DNA of 62,242 nucleotides, the filler included, from Choristocarpus tenellus KU-1152 (taxonomy: Eukaryota; Protista; Phaeophyceae), in NCBI GenBank assembly GCA_964200185.2. It is 10 parts of 10 records of this genome, joined end to end, with 100 filler letters (N's around TTAATTAATTAA, not from the genome) between each part and the next. Parts side by side here need not be neighbours in the genome. Positions count along the whole stretch, not along the records: positions 36,027 to 41,065 come from CAXNAD020012081.1; positions 41,166 to 44,942 come from CAXNAD020017979.1; positions 45,043 to 52,034 come from CAXNAD020006912.1; positions 52,135 to 55,042 come from CAXNAD020023737.1; 6 more parts are not named here. One strand, given 5' to 3'. A program made the translations under genes and the position numbers. Of this stretch, positions 38,901-53,378 are shown one piece after another; the stretch's first letter is position 1; every line of letters starts with the position of its first letter. The notes below the pieces were generated by a model. It made no database searches and had not been told where the DNA came from. It saw nothing but the letters and a program-made list of their open reading frames with translations.

Positions 38901-41226
38901 GGGCTAGTATGTAATGCAGCAGTGTCCCAGCTCTATTCAGCATCTTCACCTCTTGCTTTAAGACGAGGTATTGGGCTGTGTGAGCCCCACTGTTTGACCT
39001 TTCATGTGTTTTTAGAGAGGAAATATACATAATGTATCAGGAAGAGTATTTGTACAGTCATATTGAGAGAACAATTGGTTCGGCATATAGGCAGGCGTTA
39101 GTCTGGAGACTACTCTAGCGTTACCCATACCTTCATTCTGGTGAGTACAACCTGGGTTAATTTACAAGAACTTATGTTATGACCATGTTCATAATCTAGT
39201 AAGTGGAAGGGTGGACGGCCTTGGTGATAATATAATCTGGTTACATACAACTTTGTGTTCCTTCTACCTGTCAATCTTGGGGGGGGGGTTGGCTGACGCA
39301 CACACTTTGTTGTTTTTTCAACAAGCTCTTCTGTACTTATGTTCTATCATGAGGCTGACACACCCACTATTTTCCTTGTTTGAATTTTGTTTACATGATG
39401 ACACATATTGTGAATATTTCTGCTCTGACTCTGCAAGTTATGCTCTATTTTTCATAAATTTATGAAGAGAGGTGTTTTGAAGATGGAGTAGAGGAACTGT
39501 TCGCGAGTACATACATACTTCGAATTGTAAAATGCGTTACCGCACGCTTTAGTGATTTATTGTCGCGTAAGCTCTACATATTTTATTCCTCACCAGCATT
39601 TCCCGCATGTCACAGGGTGGACATGAAGGAGCGCAGAAGGTGTAAGACAAAAAAACATGACCGAAACTGTTCTGCTAAAGATAAAAAGAACTTTATACTA
39701 CTGACTTGATGGAGGGGGTCGAAGTCAATCAGGAAACACCTACACCAGGGAGAAAGGCATCATGAAGTGACTTGAAGAGTGGAAGTGAATAATATCGGTT
39801 GGAGACTTCCAGGGCTCGTAAAGTCAGTGCTGACCTGCAAAATCACAAAATGATATTCTGAATGGACATTACGAATATGCTGAGCTAATCGCGAAACTAT
39901 GCCACAAGCAGGACTCATTTTTCCAACTAAAAACAAAACTGCAATCGATTGACTCTTTTAACTTTGGTTGCATGGAGGGCCTGTTTTCAGGTATGAATTT
40001 TCAAAGACTTCTGAGTTTCAAATAACTTCGAAGCACCTTCATATCATCATTCCTTAGCTCTCAAATATCTTTCCTTCCCCTCCAAAAAATGGCATACGAT
40101 GACGAGGTCAAACTTAAGGACTTAAAAGCGTTTGCTGATATTAATAGTATCACTGTGCCTTTGTTTAGTTGATTACTACTACTGCAGAATACGTTATAAT
40201 CAAGTCATGTGCACACAAAACTCAGGTTCAATAATTAACCCATCCTCCCTCCCCCACTTGTCTCAATGTTCTGATTCCATCTTGTCGCCCACCCCCACCT
40301 GCCACAAACAAGTACTATACCCCTGACACCATGATGCCACCGAAATAAATCAATGAAAACACACACAACAACAACAAAGGAGATAAAAAAAGCACAACAT
40401 ATTTTCACCACCTCTCATCCACACACCCCTCTGCCCTCACTGCACCATGTCCCGTGTTTGCCAAGAAAAGAATAGCACAAATCAGATCTGACCCATGATA
40501 CTAATCTCTCAAAGAACTCCTCCTTTGATCAAGGCATTGTAAACTTGGATATGCTAAAGCCTTCTTGCACGAAACCCATATACAAAAGAAACCTCTTCCA
40601 AGAGGCTGTTCCTACTGCCCTCTGGTTGCCATCATGATAACTCGGTTATTGTGCTTTTGCCTGCATATCATGATGCTGCATATCATGATGTGTCACTTAA
40701 GTAGAGAGTGAAATAAGTAGCAACAGCAAGAAGGCAATCGCAGGGGGCCAACACAGCAAGATCCTCTGGCAGACTCCACAAGAGAAAAAAATGAAGAATA
40801 TGAGACTGTCGCAATATGACGCATGGGCTTGCTTGCACAGTAAGAGCGCCTTCCATACAAGGCATGACTGCCTATACACTGGGGTAGTGAAGCCCCACAT
40901 TTACTCTTCTCCGGTGTGTTGAACAGGGGGGTGGGGAGAGGAATTTTTTCCAATACAAAAATAAGCACAGCCCACCATCGCCAAGATGTTAGCAGATGGA
41001 CATACCCGTAACCCCTCCAAGGAACATACAGGGCATTGTAGAGAGCAACATATGACCGGGAACAGNNNNNNNNNNNNNNNNNNNNNNNNNNNNNNNNNNN
41101 NNNNNNNNNTTAATTAATTAANNNNNNNNNNNNNNNNNNNNNNNNNNNNNNNNNNNNNNNNNNNNCGCTGGTCGTTGGCCGGCTGGCAACCAGAGAGACA
41201 TCTCCACAGTTGACATAGCCTCCACG

Positions 41227-41735
41227 GTGAGTGAACTCTACCCCTACAACAAACAGGTATGTCATTGCCCCATAAGGGAAGATGAAAGTCAACCCCATGA
41301 TACAGAGACAGAGCCTCTTACATACAAGTCTCACAACCAGTACAGGGCATCAGATGAGTCAGGGGACATCAAGAGGAAGGAGAGATGGATGGGTAATGTC
41401 GCAGTTGTTAGCCACCTCTCCTTCCTCTTCCTCTTCCTTGTCCCTTGACTCCCCATCTAATGTCCAGTACTGGACATGAGACTTGCCAACGAGAGACTGA
41501 ACCTTCCAATCGCTATTGCCATCACCAGTCCCCTCCCCCCCTGAGGCAATACCACGATCCTTCAGATGATAGCAGCCCACCCCTAAGGCGGGCTAGCACA
41601 AACAGAAAACGATTAAATGCACGCATATGCTCCCTATGCAAAGACTGGGGATGAAGGGTGAGGAGCGCCAAAGCTGAAAGAAAAGGACACTGGCAATATA
41701 CCTTGTAATGACATACCGATCTGCCAAAAATTTCT
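41227..41735 (+). pseudogene. Possible piggyBac-like transposase C-terminus
   Basis: KSHNQYRA followed by RICSLCK and, after a frameshift, CNDIPICQK, resembling the terminal Cys-rich domain. Confidence 0.35.
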
Positions 41736-41994
41736 GGGCTTCACCTCAAATCCTTGTTGGGCTCAAGGATTTTTTTTGTTGTCATATTGTATTTTGGTAC
41801 ACCCTGCAGCAGTTGTCTAGCAAAAAGATCGACCGACCAGAAGAACGATTTTTATTTTTTTTCAAAAAATAAAATGAAATACCTCAAAGGACAATCATGT
41901 TCCTTTTTCAAATAGCATTAAAAAAAAAACTCGAGCTTCTATTAATTAGCTTATCAGGCGTACTCACCGGTACACCCACACGCAGGCAGTTACA

Positions 41995-42152
41995 TGTATC
42001 TAGAGTACAAAACAGTTACATCCCAATGCTGTATCTAGAGTACAAAACAGTTACATCCCAATGCTGTATCTAGAGTACAAAACAGTTACATCCCAATGCT
42101 GTATCTAGAGTACAAAACAGTTACACCCCAATGCTGTATCTAGAGTACAAAC
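41995..42152 (+). repeat. Minisatellite, 35-bp unit x ~4.5
   Basis: tgtatctagagtacaaaacagttacatcccaatgc at 41995, 42030, 42065, 42100 and partial at 42135. Confidence 0.95.
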
Positions 42153-42959
42153 ACGAGCCCAACGCAGATAGCCCGACAATACCTGTACCGCACGCATTCA
42201 TGTTCTAGATTCAGGAAACAGTGAGGGTTCCTCATCAAAAAACTTGACAAACCGATCACCAAGATTATTTATTGTACAGAGGTCTATCTTGCTCCACACT
42301 ATGACTCCATGTCATCAGTGAATACTGCAGACAGTGCCTCCAGATCACACTGCAAATGACCTTCGTCGAATCTACTGCGTTGTTCTGTAGCCAACTCTGT
42401 AGCCAACTACAGAACAAGGATGGTGTCTACTTGGTGAGATCTCTACCGCAACAAAAGTATTCAGCCACGTAATCCATCACTCCTCCATAATACATCATCA
42501 ATGTACATATGTATGTATAGATGTATGTACAGATGTATGTACAGATGGTGGCAGTGTGAGGAGGAACCACTTAAAAAAAATAAATTACAATTCATTCTCC
42601 AAGAAAAAAAATGAAAAAAAACACCCAAAATGAGCAACACCAGTTTTGTCAATTCTTTCACAAGAACAAATGACTTCTGGTGTAGTTGCATCTGGGCGCC
42701 ACTGGATAGACGCCTGTTCAACACTTGAAATCGCCCCCAAGGTGTGAGAACTCCACTAGTCCAACTAACACCGGTGTCCATCACAAGGATAGACAATAAG
42801 GTGCACATTTACAACAATAGTTGTAACCATTCAAGGCATCAGTTCTTGCAAAGAAGTGGGGTATCAAAAACTTGGCCAGGTAAAATTCATTGATGACAGG
42901 TGTTGGAGGACCAGCTTCTCACAGTTGCATACAGTACATCAAACGCACAAGGCAAACAT

Positions 42960-43072
42960 AAATAAAAAGGACTACACATACAAATAAAAAGGACTACACA
43001 TACAAATAAAAAGGACTACACATACAAATAAAAAGGACTACACATACAAATAAAAAGGACTACACATACAAA
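42960..43072 (+). repeat. Minisatellite, 22-bp unit x 5
   Basis: aaataaaaaggactacacatac repeated head to tail. Confidence 0.95.
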
Positions 43073-44092
43073 CCGTTATCATGCAACAAGCACCCACCAC
43101 TTTCTTTGCAGGGGGCACCCTCTCAAGGACAGCTTCATTCTCCAGGCTCTCAAAGCACCACCCAACCCGTGCCCATTTGTCCATCGAGGCCATGACCTTC
43201 ACAAAGACCATACCTTCTCCTTCCCCAAAATCCTTTAAAAATTTCAAGTTTTCCAAAAGGAGGGAAGGCGGTGGGTGAGGGTAACACGGAACCAGATTTT
43301 GGGGGGAGAAGGAGAAAGATACACCAAAAATACAAACAATATTAAGTAGAGGAGGGAGTCCACCTTATCTTACCACCAAAAGCAACAATAAACATACATT
43401 GCAGCAAATACAAGGTCAAGCAAACGGAATCTACTGGTACATGATCATTTTCAGCAGTAATATCTACACAGCATTGGCATACAGCCTTCCACCCCGTCAT
43501 ACCCAAATGCAATCCATGAGTAGATTTCCACTCCAAAACCAACGCTGATATTTCATCTTTACCTTCAAACACTCACACACAGATGCACGGCAAATTAAAT
43601 CCAAAAGTTCCCCCCCCCCCCCCCCCCCCCACCCCCCCCCCCCCCCCCCCCATGTCTCCACCATCAAGCCAGCCCCTTTCCAAAAAGGACGTAGGCACAG
43701 GTTCATACTGCATTACACATGACCCCTGAGTCATCATTTTATCGTCTAACCTTCAAGCATCCACAATCAGATATGCAGAACTTGAACCTAGAGTAAGAGC
43801 AAAGCAACCCCACCCTAAGCCCATTCCATCCCCCCCCCACCTACAACAGCATCAATGACATCAGTAACAGATTCACTCACTCCCTACCCCATCCCATTCC
43901 CTTCCAGCCCATCCCCTCCATCCTCTAAGTCACCTTCAGTCGCTCACTAGCACGAAAGATCTCCCCTTTTGCCATTACATGTCTTGTCTTTTCCTCCAAT
44001 GACGGCCCTTTCCTCAATCTCACACCACTAGGGTGCACCACCTAAAAAATCAACCCACCCCCCCGCCCACCGGAAAAAACAAATTCATTTAC

Positions 44093-44132
44093 CCATCCAT
44101 CCATCCATCCATCCATCCATCCACCCATCCAT
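44093..44132 (+). repeat. (CCAT)n microsatellite
   Basis: Read directly. Confidence 0.9.
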
Positions 44133-47124
44133 ACGTTGTCCATAATTAAGAGTTTATCAGAGCAGAATATATAGAAAGGACGGAAAGGGTTCCGGGTGGG
44201 GGGGCGGGGCGGGGGAGACAGTTTCCATAGGATTCAGCGAGAAAAGGAGGGGGGTCAGGACAGGTGTCTGAGGTACACCAGTGAAGAGGCAAGTTGAGTT
44301 GGTATTTGTTCATGGATGTATGTATGTCTGCCTGTCTGTGTGTCTCTGTCCCAGTTGCAATACACTTGAATTGGTGCATATGTGACTGCTGTGTCACCTA
44401 AGAACACAAAAAGATAATACACAGGCACACAAGTAGGTAGCTACACTCCCAAATACACCCAGCTCCCTATGATTTCAGTCCTCGCAAAGATTCTCACGCC
44501 TTCAATACAGCCCAAAATGCCTTCCACTTCACCAAAACTCCCAACCGTTGTGCATCTGTTGACAGCTTGTACAACCCGCACAGACAACACACATACATGG
44601 AGACACATACACCCCCACCCCCACCTTGTAGTAGAAATCTCCCACTTCCCTCCTGAGCTTGGCCTCATCCACCCAAAACGCCTCCAGTCTTACATTCCCT
44701 TTTTTGGCAGCAGTCCATGCACCGTTGATCGCCATGTTCACAACCTGCCCACAAACAAATGGCGTGTCCAGCAAGAGCACTGCCTCCCCTGTTACAAGCA
44801 GATGCCAACACACACAGATCATGAACTAGTGGATAACAAGACGGTCCATTCATTTCTGTGTCAACAGGCAGAACACCCTTGGGCTCAGGACATTATTTAT
44901 GACCCGATTGATGTGCTTTCAAAACTCTATGCAGTAGGTTTANNNNNNNNNNNNNNNNNNNNNNNNNNNNNNNNNNNNNNNNNNNNTTAATTAATTAANN
45001 NNNNNNNNNNNNNNNNNNNNNNNNNNNNNNNNNNNNNNNNNNTTTTGGGGTCTCCGGTTTGTGAGCGGGTTTTTTCCCGCCCCCCCCCCCCCCCCCCCTT
45101 TGCCCCCCCTTCCCTTTTTAACTCATTTTTCTTCAATTTTTTTAAATGCTCGGATTTAAAAAAAAAATTAAATTTTAATGCAATTAAATTTATGGTTGTG
45201 ATGGTTGTTATGATGTTGATAAAACGTTTGCATTTGTTGCTCCAATTCATTCCCATTGGTACGTGCTCAGCCTTCAACCCACTCTTTGCACCGGCTCTTT
45301 ATTTCTTAAAATTGTGTTCATACATTGGAAGGTTTTTTGTGGGGTGCGATGGGGTGTGCTGCTCTATTTTTTTATAGTTTTGAGTGTAGAAGATGACAAG
45401 ACCTATTTTTCAGCTCTTGGCGTGGAAAAACTGGCTCTTTCAGAGAAGAAGGGTACCTACATAGCACCTTGAATTTTCCTATTTTTTATTTCCATTTAGC
45501 AATATATAAAAGGAAATTTGTATATGTTGCCTCGCCAATTAAAAAGAAGAAAGTTTTCTATTCAATATATATATATATTTTTGGCAAACAGCACAAATAA
45601 AATATGTATTTTTTTCTAGTGAATAATTTTATTTTTTTGATAAACAGTATTTTGGAACATTTTGAAACAATCCTGTCATGCATGTCATACGAGACAAGCC
45701 TTCTTTGTTGGCTTTAATTATTCCTGAAGTATCGAGGTGGTTGAAAATTATTCCTGACAGTAATAGTTCTGCCCCCTGCCGCAGCCACTGCTACAGAATA
45801 CATACGCCTGCTTAGTATTGAAAAACTTAGGCTTGGAAGGTGTGATACGATTGTAAGTGCAATTGATCTGCATGCATGGGCGTGTTTTTTGTTAATTTTG
45901 TCTGCATGAGACTGAGATTTGAATTTGAATTGAGTCAAGGGGTCTGAGAGGGATACGTGTTTTATGTGATTTGAGATTTAAAAGGAGGCTTTTTATTTTT
46001 TTGCCTATTAAAAAAAATTAAAGACACTAAAATGTATTAAAAAAGAAGCTAGTGTGAGGGGGTGCAAGTAAGGATGAAATAAAATTAAAAAGTTCTGTGA
46101 TTTGAATGTAGTCGAAAAGCACTCCACCACACCACACCCACCACCTAGGGGACAATTTTAGTACTCATGTCTGTTCCGAAAACATTTGCCAAGAAGAAGC
46201 TGGAGGGTTTGCATTTTGAGGCTCGTTGGCAACTCTCTCTCTCTCTCTCTCACTCTCTCTCTGGCGGTTAAACTCTTTTTATGGATTGTGATTCACCAAC
46301 ATAATTTTTTTTTATTTGTGTACTTGTGTGTGTGTGATATGATTGGTCACTGAATCTACGCAGGGATTGGCACCTTTGAAGGCCCTTTCTTAACATCTGG
46401 CAATGGTTACTTTGCTGCATGGATCTGCTTCTTTGGGTCTCTCAAGTATGGGTACAGCGTCTCTGCCAAGATCAAGAACTTCACAGACCGGGCCATGCAT
46501 GCTATGATGGTGACAGAAACAATCCCCTCCCCTTGCCCATCCTCTTTTACTTTGTAAAAAAGGAATCAGTAAGGACATTTTTGGGGGGTGGGGGGTGGGG
46601 ATGATAGGTTGTTTGGGATGTTCTTTTTTTCAGCTTTTTTGTTGCTAACAGGAAAGGGTGTACCTTAAATTCTGTTGAAACTGTTGGGCGACATTAGTTG
46701 TAGGGTGCGGGTTGGGCCGTGTGTAACATACTTTTACTTTGCTAGTGATGTTGGGAGGTGTTTTTATCTTGTGGAAGAAGGGGAGAGAGGGGGGAGATTC
46801 TGAGGTCTTGTTGTCGAGAGGTGTGTGCGCTGTGTTGCGGTAGAGGTCTTGCCGCTGGGGTGTGGAGATGGTGAAGGAGAAATTCGCTGCCAGGTCATTT
46901 TTCAAACTTTTGACCCACTGCTTCCTGGGTGTAGTCTCTGCTTCTGTAAACGTTTGTGCTGGTGATGTTTGTAGTTTTTAGCAAAGGGCCGTAATGTTGA
47001 GAAGAGGCCGAACAAAGGGGTTTCCATGTGTTTGTGAAGGCATTGTTCTTGGGTGTAGTCCTCTTTGATCCCTCGTGTCTGGTATAGGTGGTGGTGGCTG
47101 GAGATAGAGGTGAGTGACGGCTTT

Positions 47125-47159
<35 letters not shown>

Positions 47160-49570
47160 ACCCTTCGCCCCCCCTCTCCCGGCTTGATTGGTCGTCTGCG
47201 NNNNNNNNNNCCTCGTGTTGGTGTGGGGGGGGGGGGGGGGGGGAGAGGGGGGGGGGGGGCTTTCCCCCCCCCCCCCCCCCCCCCCTCTTCAAAAACTTCT
47301 TGATTGTCTTATTCGCTGATGAGTATAGGATGTGATGTGAAGAGGAACATTTGCACCAATGACATATCTTGAATGTAACACGTGCCAATGGAAAGTTTGC
47401 CCTACTTTACTTTATTGACGATTTGGTTGTACTCCTCACCCCCACCCCCCCTCACATCCCTTTTTTTTTTAGGATCATCCAACAGAGACTTACGAGGCAG
47501 ACAAGGACCCTTCCGAGGCATACGCCTGAGTGGTTTTTGGAAATCCTCGCTCATGGATGCAGTATTCCTTCCCCTTCTCCCCCCGCCCGTGTCATGCTTT
47601 GTAGCTCTTGGATGCATTCAGAACTTCCATCTAAATTCTGTTCAAGAGGATGGGTTGAAGGATTTACTTTTCACCCATGTATTTGTTTACAGCATGTTAT
47701 TTGTGAGTGGTGCCTCATCATGTTTGTTGGTGAGAGTTAATGAGCTTTTCTTTTCTCTCTAAAGTGTGGTGAAGGGTTGTTGCTATATTATTCATAGTGG
47801 TGAACACAAGAGGAACAGTTCACTTTTTGTAGAGAGGAAGAGTGTTGCGTGTTTGGTCAGTTCAATGCAAAGCTCTTTTTTGAGGAGTTGGTATTGATGG
47901 TGTCCTTTTCATTCTGTGGTATTATGGTCCCTTTCATTTGAGGATTTGATCTGAAGTAAGAAAGGGCTTGACGGAAGTGGGGAATAATGGTTGCATTGAG
48001 CTGTGCTAAGCAATGGCCTAGTAGTAGCTCCCCCTTCCCCCCCCCCCCTGTTACAAATCTCGGGGATTCATTTTGAGGGGTAGGGATTGGATGGAAATTG
48101 AGAATTATCTTGTAGCCATTACTGTTGACTTTGGTTGTAAAACAGACATCAGAAATAGGAGGAGGTTAGTATGGAGTGGGAAGGTAGGTTAGTGGGAGAG
48201 GAGAGTAAGGAGTGTACTTTTTTGTGTTGCCTATTGTAACCTAGGTCTCAGCCCCATGGCGTGTTTAGGTAATGAAAGGAGGAGTAGTGACTTCTCTTTA
48301 ATATTATGCTCGGCTTCGAGGGTATTCCTGTTGGCTACAGGAAAAGAAATGTGGAATCTTTCTCGCGAATCTTTGACATGAAATATATGATTTTTTTATT
48401 CATGAACGTGTTGTTCCTCTTTTTATTTTTTTTCAACAGTATGTTGCCAAGTGAATGTTGAGAGGGGGCGGGGATATTTTTTGTTGATGAGAAGGAGTCC
48501 TCGTTTATCGATACCGGTGTGCAATGAAATGCAGTTGAGATTGGTGTTGTAGGCTTGTTCGGAGCTGTGAGGATTCATTGGGAAAGTCAGGCCTTGCTCT
48601 TGACTGAGATCCGGAGCAGCCACTTCCTTGCAGTAGCAGAAGATCGATCTATCACATAAGGAGATGACAAGTTGCTTGGAGTACAGTTGGCATGGGCGGT
48701 GGATCTCTAGATTTGGTGTTGATGTGATGGTGTTGAGGCTTGATTTGTTAGCAGGTTCTCGTGAAGAGAGCCTCTTAAGTAGTAGATGAGTTGGAGAAGA
48801 AAGTAGGCGGTGTGTCTACCTTGGCAGGCGTGCACTTTTCATCTCATAGAAAGTGTTTCCTTTTGTTCAAGGATAGAAGATGAGAGTGTTGCTTTTGCAA
48901 TCTAGATGAGAGCTTTTTTCTTCCATCACAGTTGCTTGTGGGGTTTTGGTGCAATAAGACTCGCAGGTTGCTTTTTTACGCACACTCTTTCCTCGCATGC
49001 AATTGCACAAATTGCACAAACCATAAAAGTATTTTGCCGTTTTTGCTTGGTAGCTGGCCGGCCGGTCGATGATGTGTAGTTGTTTGTATATACCTTCTTC
49101 GCTTGATTGGTTAGATACCCTCGACCGGAAATATGATATTGATAATCGTTTGCTTTGAAGCTTTGTATCATTCTTGGTAGTACTCGTAATTTTATTAATA
49201 TATTGCCGAGTATTGGAGGAGGCTAAGAAATCAAGGTGTGCTGGGTGGCGGTGGTGCTCCCCTCGCGTCTGCACTGACTTGGATTTTTTGCGAGGGTTGG
49301 TGGTTTCAACTGTTCCAGACAGAAATTTTGCTCTTAATAACACCTACCTGTGCCTACAGTCTGCTACGATAGGCACACGTTATTATCGATCGTTTGCCGA
49401 CCTACGTGCAAGACGTCTCCATACAGTTTGTTGTTGTTGAAGAAGTTTTTAGTCACGAATTGAATCGTGTAGAGGAGGATTAAAAATGGAGATTCAGTTT
49501 GTCCCAGGCTGCCGATTTTTGTGAGAATCGGAGAATGCTGTCTACAAGACATGGTTACGTTCATCGATAT

Positions 49571-49810
49571 GAGTGAAACTATCTTAGAGGGTACGAATTT
49601 TTTGTCCTGTTTGTCCATATGTGGGGCTTGACTTCCCATGTGTTTTTTTTTAATGACATTTTCCGACTCCAAAATGTTTCGGAGTAGGTAAAATGTATAC
49701 GTTATGAAAAGGTGTGTCCGAAACATAGATATTGACACTTCCTAACAAACACAACATTGTATTTTGACCCACAAATGGACGCGGCTCTACCCTCTAAGAT
49801 ACTTTGGCTC
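49571..49810 (-). mobile_element. MITE family A with 4-bp TSD ATAT
   Basis: atat|GAGTGAAACTATCTTAGAGGGTA...TACCCTCTAAGATACTTTGGCTC|atat. Confidence 0.92.
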
Positions 49811-50312
49811 ATATTTCAAGAAGGGCTATTCTACTTCAGCCTGGAGACTATGGGCCAGTGGGCATGAAGGAGTCTCACAGATTCTTGGGATTCTTCCCTG
49901 TAAGTAGGTCCTCGACCACCTCTCTCTGCAGGGCTAGGCTGATAGCATTGCCGTGGGAACATCAGTTTGTAGGAAACCATTTCTTGTATGACATTATTTT
50001 GTTGTGTAGTTAGTACATGTTTTGAAAAGTTTCTTAGAAAGAACAGCCTTGTACCGTCAAAAGTCCTTGTCCTGTAGTTTTGGTGTTGTTGGTCTTTTTT
50101 CCTCCTCACACTCATCTGCAATGTGTTAGTTGACATGAAGGTAACAAAATAGTACTAGAAATACTAATAGCAATACTGTTACCTTTATCACACCACCTCT
50201 CTGCAAAATATGAGTAGTGGGACGGGTTTCGGTTTGAGTTTAGTTCGTGGTGTGGTACAACGAAGGAAATAACTGCTGAAAGTAAATAATGTGGAAACAT
50301 TAAAAAATAGTA

Positions 50313-51616
50313 CTATGCCCTCTGACATTTTGCAGGTGTGTCAGGGGAAAACCGATGAAAAGCCAATTAAATATCAGAACCCCTGAAAAAGCAACAGTAA
50401 GTTGTCGTAAATGTAAAAGATATTTCTATTTTCTATTTGACTACCAGCTATGCTGCACCACTCCCCTCCTATGTCTCCAACCTAGATTAGCCCTACACCC
50501 TAGGACGAGGAACTAGGGAAGTATTCACAAGAATCTGACAGGCCCCTCCTTGCCCATCTCCCTCGTGTCTCCAGCTTAAAACACATGGCACGTCTTGATA
50601 GAGCCTCTTGTGTTGTGACAGACACTATCTGTCGTAAACGGGATTTGACAGCTCCTTTCCTGCTGTAACCTCCCACCCCTCTCTCTCCAATCCGTGCGTA
50701 GCCAACGCATCAAGAAAACTTTCTGCTTGCATACCGAGGCGCCCAAAACTTTTCACCTCAAAGGTGTTAGGTTAAGACTACGATGGACAAAAGAAACCTC
50801 GTAGTGGGTGTAGAAATTCTGTGGAAATATTTGTTGGTGATGTATAACTTAAGACTCCATCACATGGACGCGGTTTAAATACTGGCTGTTGACATTACAG
50901 AAGATACCTCTCTAAAAAATATTTTAGTAGATGTGTCTTTCGGGTAAATTACTAGCGTCTGATTTCGTACATGGGGAAAGCGGGAATTTTCCAAAATATT
51001 AGTCCGCATTCAGCCTCTAAAAAGACCTCCATTTCAAGTACTGATCACAGGATTTTCTTCAAGCATTTAGGCTGTTTCCACCAGCACGACATACTGATAC
51101 CAATAACATTTGTGGTGGTGTTCGTGGAAATTCAAACTGTCGTATGATATTAATATTTTTTGGTGAGTAAGCAGAAAGTTCTCTGGATGAGTTGGCTACA
51201 CCTGCAGTAGGGGGGGGGACTGGGAGGTTATATTAGGAAGGGGCTCTTAAACCCAGCTCATGACAGATAATGTCTATCACACTACAAAGTGGCTCTCTCA
51301 AGACGTGTCATGAGTTTCAAGCTGGAGACACCAGGCAGATGGGCAAGGAGGGGCCTGTCAGATTCTTGGGATATTTCCCTAGCTCCTTGCCCAGTTGTGT
51401 ATGGGTTACCTAGGTTGGAGGCATAGTAGCAGCAATGTACACATATCGTTGTAATTTCCGAGTTATTAGGGAGTGCTCGAAGTATACCTGGTATCCAAAG
51501 AGTAAATAGATTTTGGAGAGTATCTTTCACATTTACAACTGTTACCTTTACAGGGGTCGTTGCGATATTGGTTCGGTCTTTTCCCTGACGCATGTGCAAA
51601 ATGTCAGAGGGCGCAA
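50313..51616. mobile_element. Two REL-type non-LTR 3' tails head to head, forming an imperfect long inverted repeat
   Basis: 50313-~50740 is a diverged reverse complement of ~51160-51616 (e.g. caagaatctgacaggcccctccttgcccatct in both arms). Arms encode EVKSFGRLGMQAESFLDALAT and VALSRRVMSFKL. Confidence 0.8.
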
Positions 51617-52970
51617 TAACATTAAAGAAACTACGAATACATTCGTGTGTATAAGGTATGGTTTTGTTCCACCTCATCATCGGAACCTTACTTCGAGCTG
51701 TTTCAAAAAGAGTAACATCAATACAAAAGGAAAAGTTTATGAAGTAATCTGAGTTTTGTGGGCGGAAGAATTCTGTTTGGTTGAGGCCACAAGGCAAGGA
51801 AGGGGACAGTAAAGAAATGAAAGTATCAAGAAGGGAACAAAGAGTTGAAGATTGAGTGGTTAAGAAAATAGGTGGCAGACGGAGGCACAAGGAACAGCCG
51901 ATTTCAAAAATTGAGGATGGAGACGACAATACAAAAAAAAACATATCGACACTTTATCCCAGTCAATTTTAGGGGAAGACGAACCGCAAGGAATTACTCC
52001 AAAAGGAAACCTGAGAATGGGGGGGAAAGAGGGGNNNNNNNNNNNNNNNNNNNNNNNNNNNNNNNNNNNNNNNNNNNNTTAATTAATTAANNNNNNNNNN
52101 NNNNNNNNNNNNNNNNNNNNNNNNNNNNNNNNNNCACTACCTGCATCTCTCTCATGCACACGTTGTTTGTTTTGTGTTGTTGCATAGTAATCCTATTTCA
52201 TTTGTGTCATCTCAATGCCTAACCGTGTATTTTGAGGTAGTGCGCCCCAGCCATTCTGAGCTGTTGACATCATCTTAGGAATAAGCACAACGAAGATGTG
52301 AGCCTCCTCTGCATCCAATTCTTCGGTCGTTTGACGCCTTAGTTCACAGTCCCCTCCGATACGTTGTTGCAGGGGGAATACACGACCTCCAGTGATTTTC
52401 CACATACAAAACTGAGATTTATGTGAAGTACTACATGTCACCCGTTCATAATTGTCAACACCACTTTTAGATTGACCAACAGAATAAACCACTCTCCGCT
52501 GTAGCCAATTATGTTGATATTCCGAACCAGTTAGCTGCCCCTTTTCACATGTTTTTGAAAAAGGAATACACATGTAACCCGGTGTTTTTTTTTTAATTGG
52601 TAAGTCATATTTCTTTCAAGTATCGCATCCAACCTATTGTTAATTTTGGATATCGTTTCAGTGTTCACCAAAACTTGACCACCCACCTCCGTATTCAATT
52701 CACCTAGATTCCCTAAGCAGTGCGTTGCCGATCCGAACATCTTGTACGTTAAGAAATACCGATACCCTGTACAGCTTTACATTCGAAAAACATTAAATTA
52801 TTTCGGGTTTGCACCTCTCCCATCCCTCTCTTTTTGAATTATTAATGTGCAGGAACAATAGCCGCCCTCTATTGCTAGTCCTCGTCAACCGAAACCCGAC
52901 CACTCCACCACTGCCTTTTCTTCTTATGTAATGAATTAAGGAGCATAACCAGCCACATTCATTATCATGC

Positions 52971-53378
52971 AAGTTGATTAGTCAGATTCCCTTCCCCCAA
53001 CCATTTCTATTTCTCTGATCACTTCTGTTAGCTTCTTTTATACCCATTTTGTTTTTGGAAGAATGGATAATCATGTAACCACACTCATTCAACAGATTAA
53101 AAACGTACGACGAATCGCTTCTCAACTATACCCTATTTTCACATGACGTCGAACGACGTCATGCGAGACTTTAATCGTAAAGTTGATAAATCAGGTTTTC
53201 CTTCCCAACCACTTCTATTTCACTAATCACATCGCTCGCACCTTTTATTTAATATCAATTTCATATTTTTCGAAGAGGATAATATGTAACCACGCTCATT
53301 CAAAAAACAAGAATGTATCACGAATCACTTCTCAACTAAACCCTATTTTCACATGACGTCGAACGACGGCATGCGAGG
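52971..53378 (+). repeat. Two ~210-bp tandem units, each ending in a palindrome
   Basis: ccctattttcacatgacgtcgaacgacg at 53131 and 53341; CATGACGTCG-AA-CGACGTCATG at 53142-53163. Confidence 0.85.

Noticed and set aside
36168-39000. Possible LINE reverse transcriptase on the minus strand (SQGSSL)
   Set aside because: One weak motif among many stops; cannot be supported without a profile search.
39600-40140. Possible transposase C-terminus (EVKLKDLK)
   Set aside because: Too degenerate and no catalytic motif is visible.
41995-42152. 35-bp repeat array of CRISPR-like unit length
   Set aside because: Units abut with no unique spacers, there are no cas genes, and the context is eukaryotic.
43600-47300. 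Pro/Gly-rich ORFs
   Set aside because: They arise from poly-C/G tracts near gaps and low-quality sequence.
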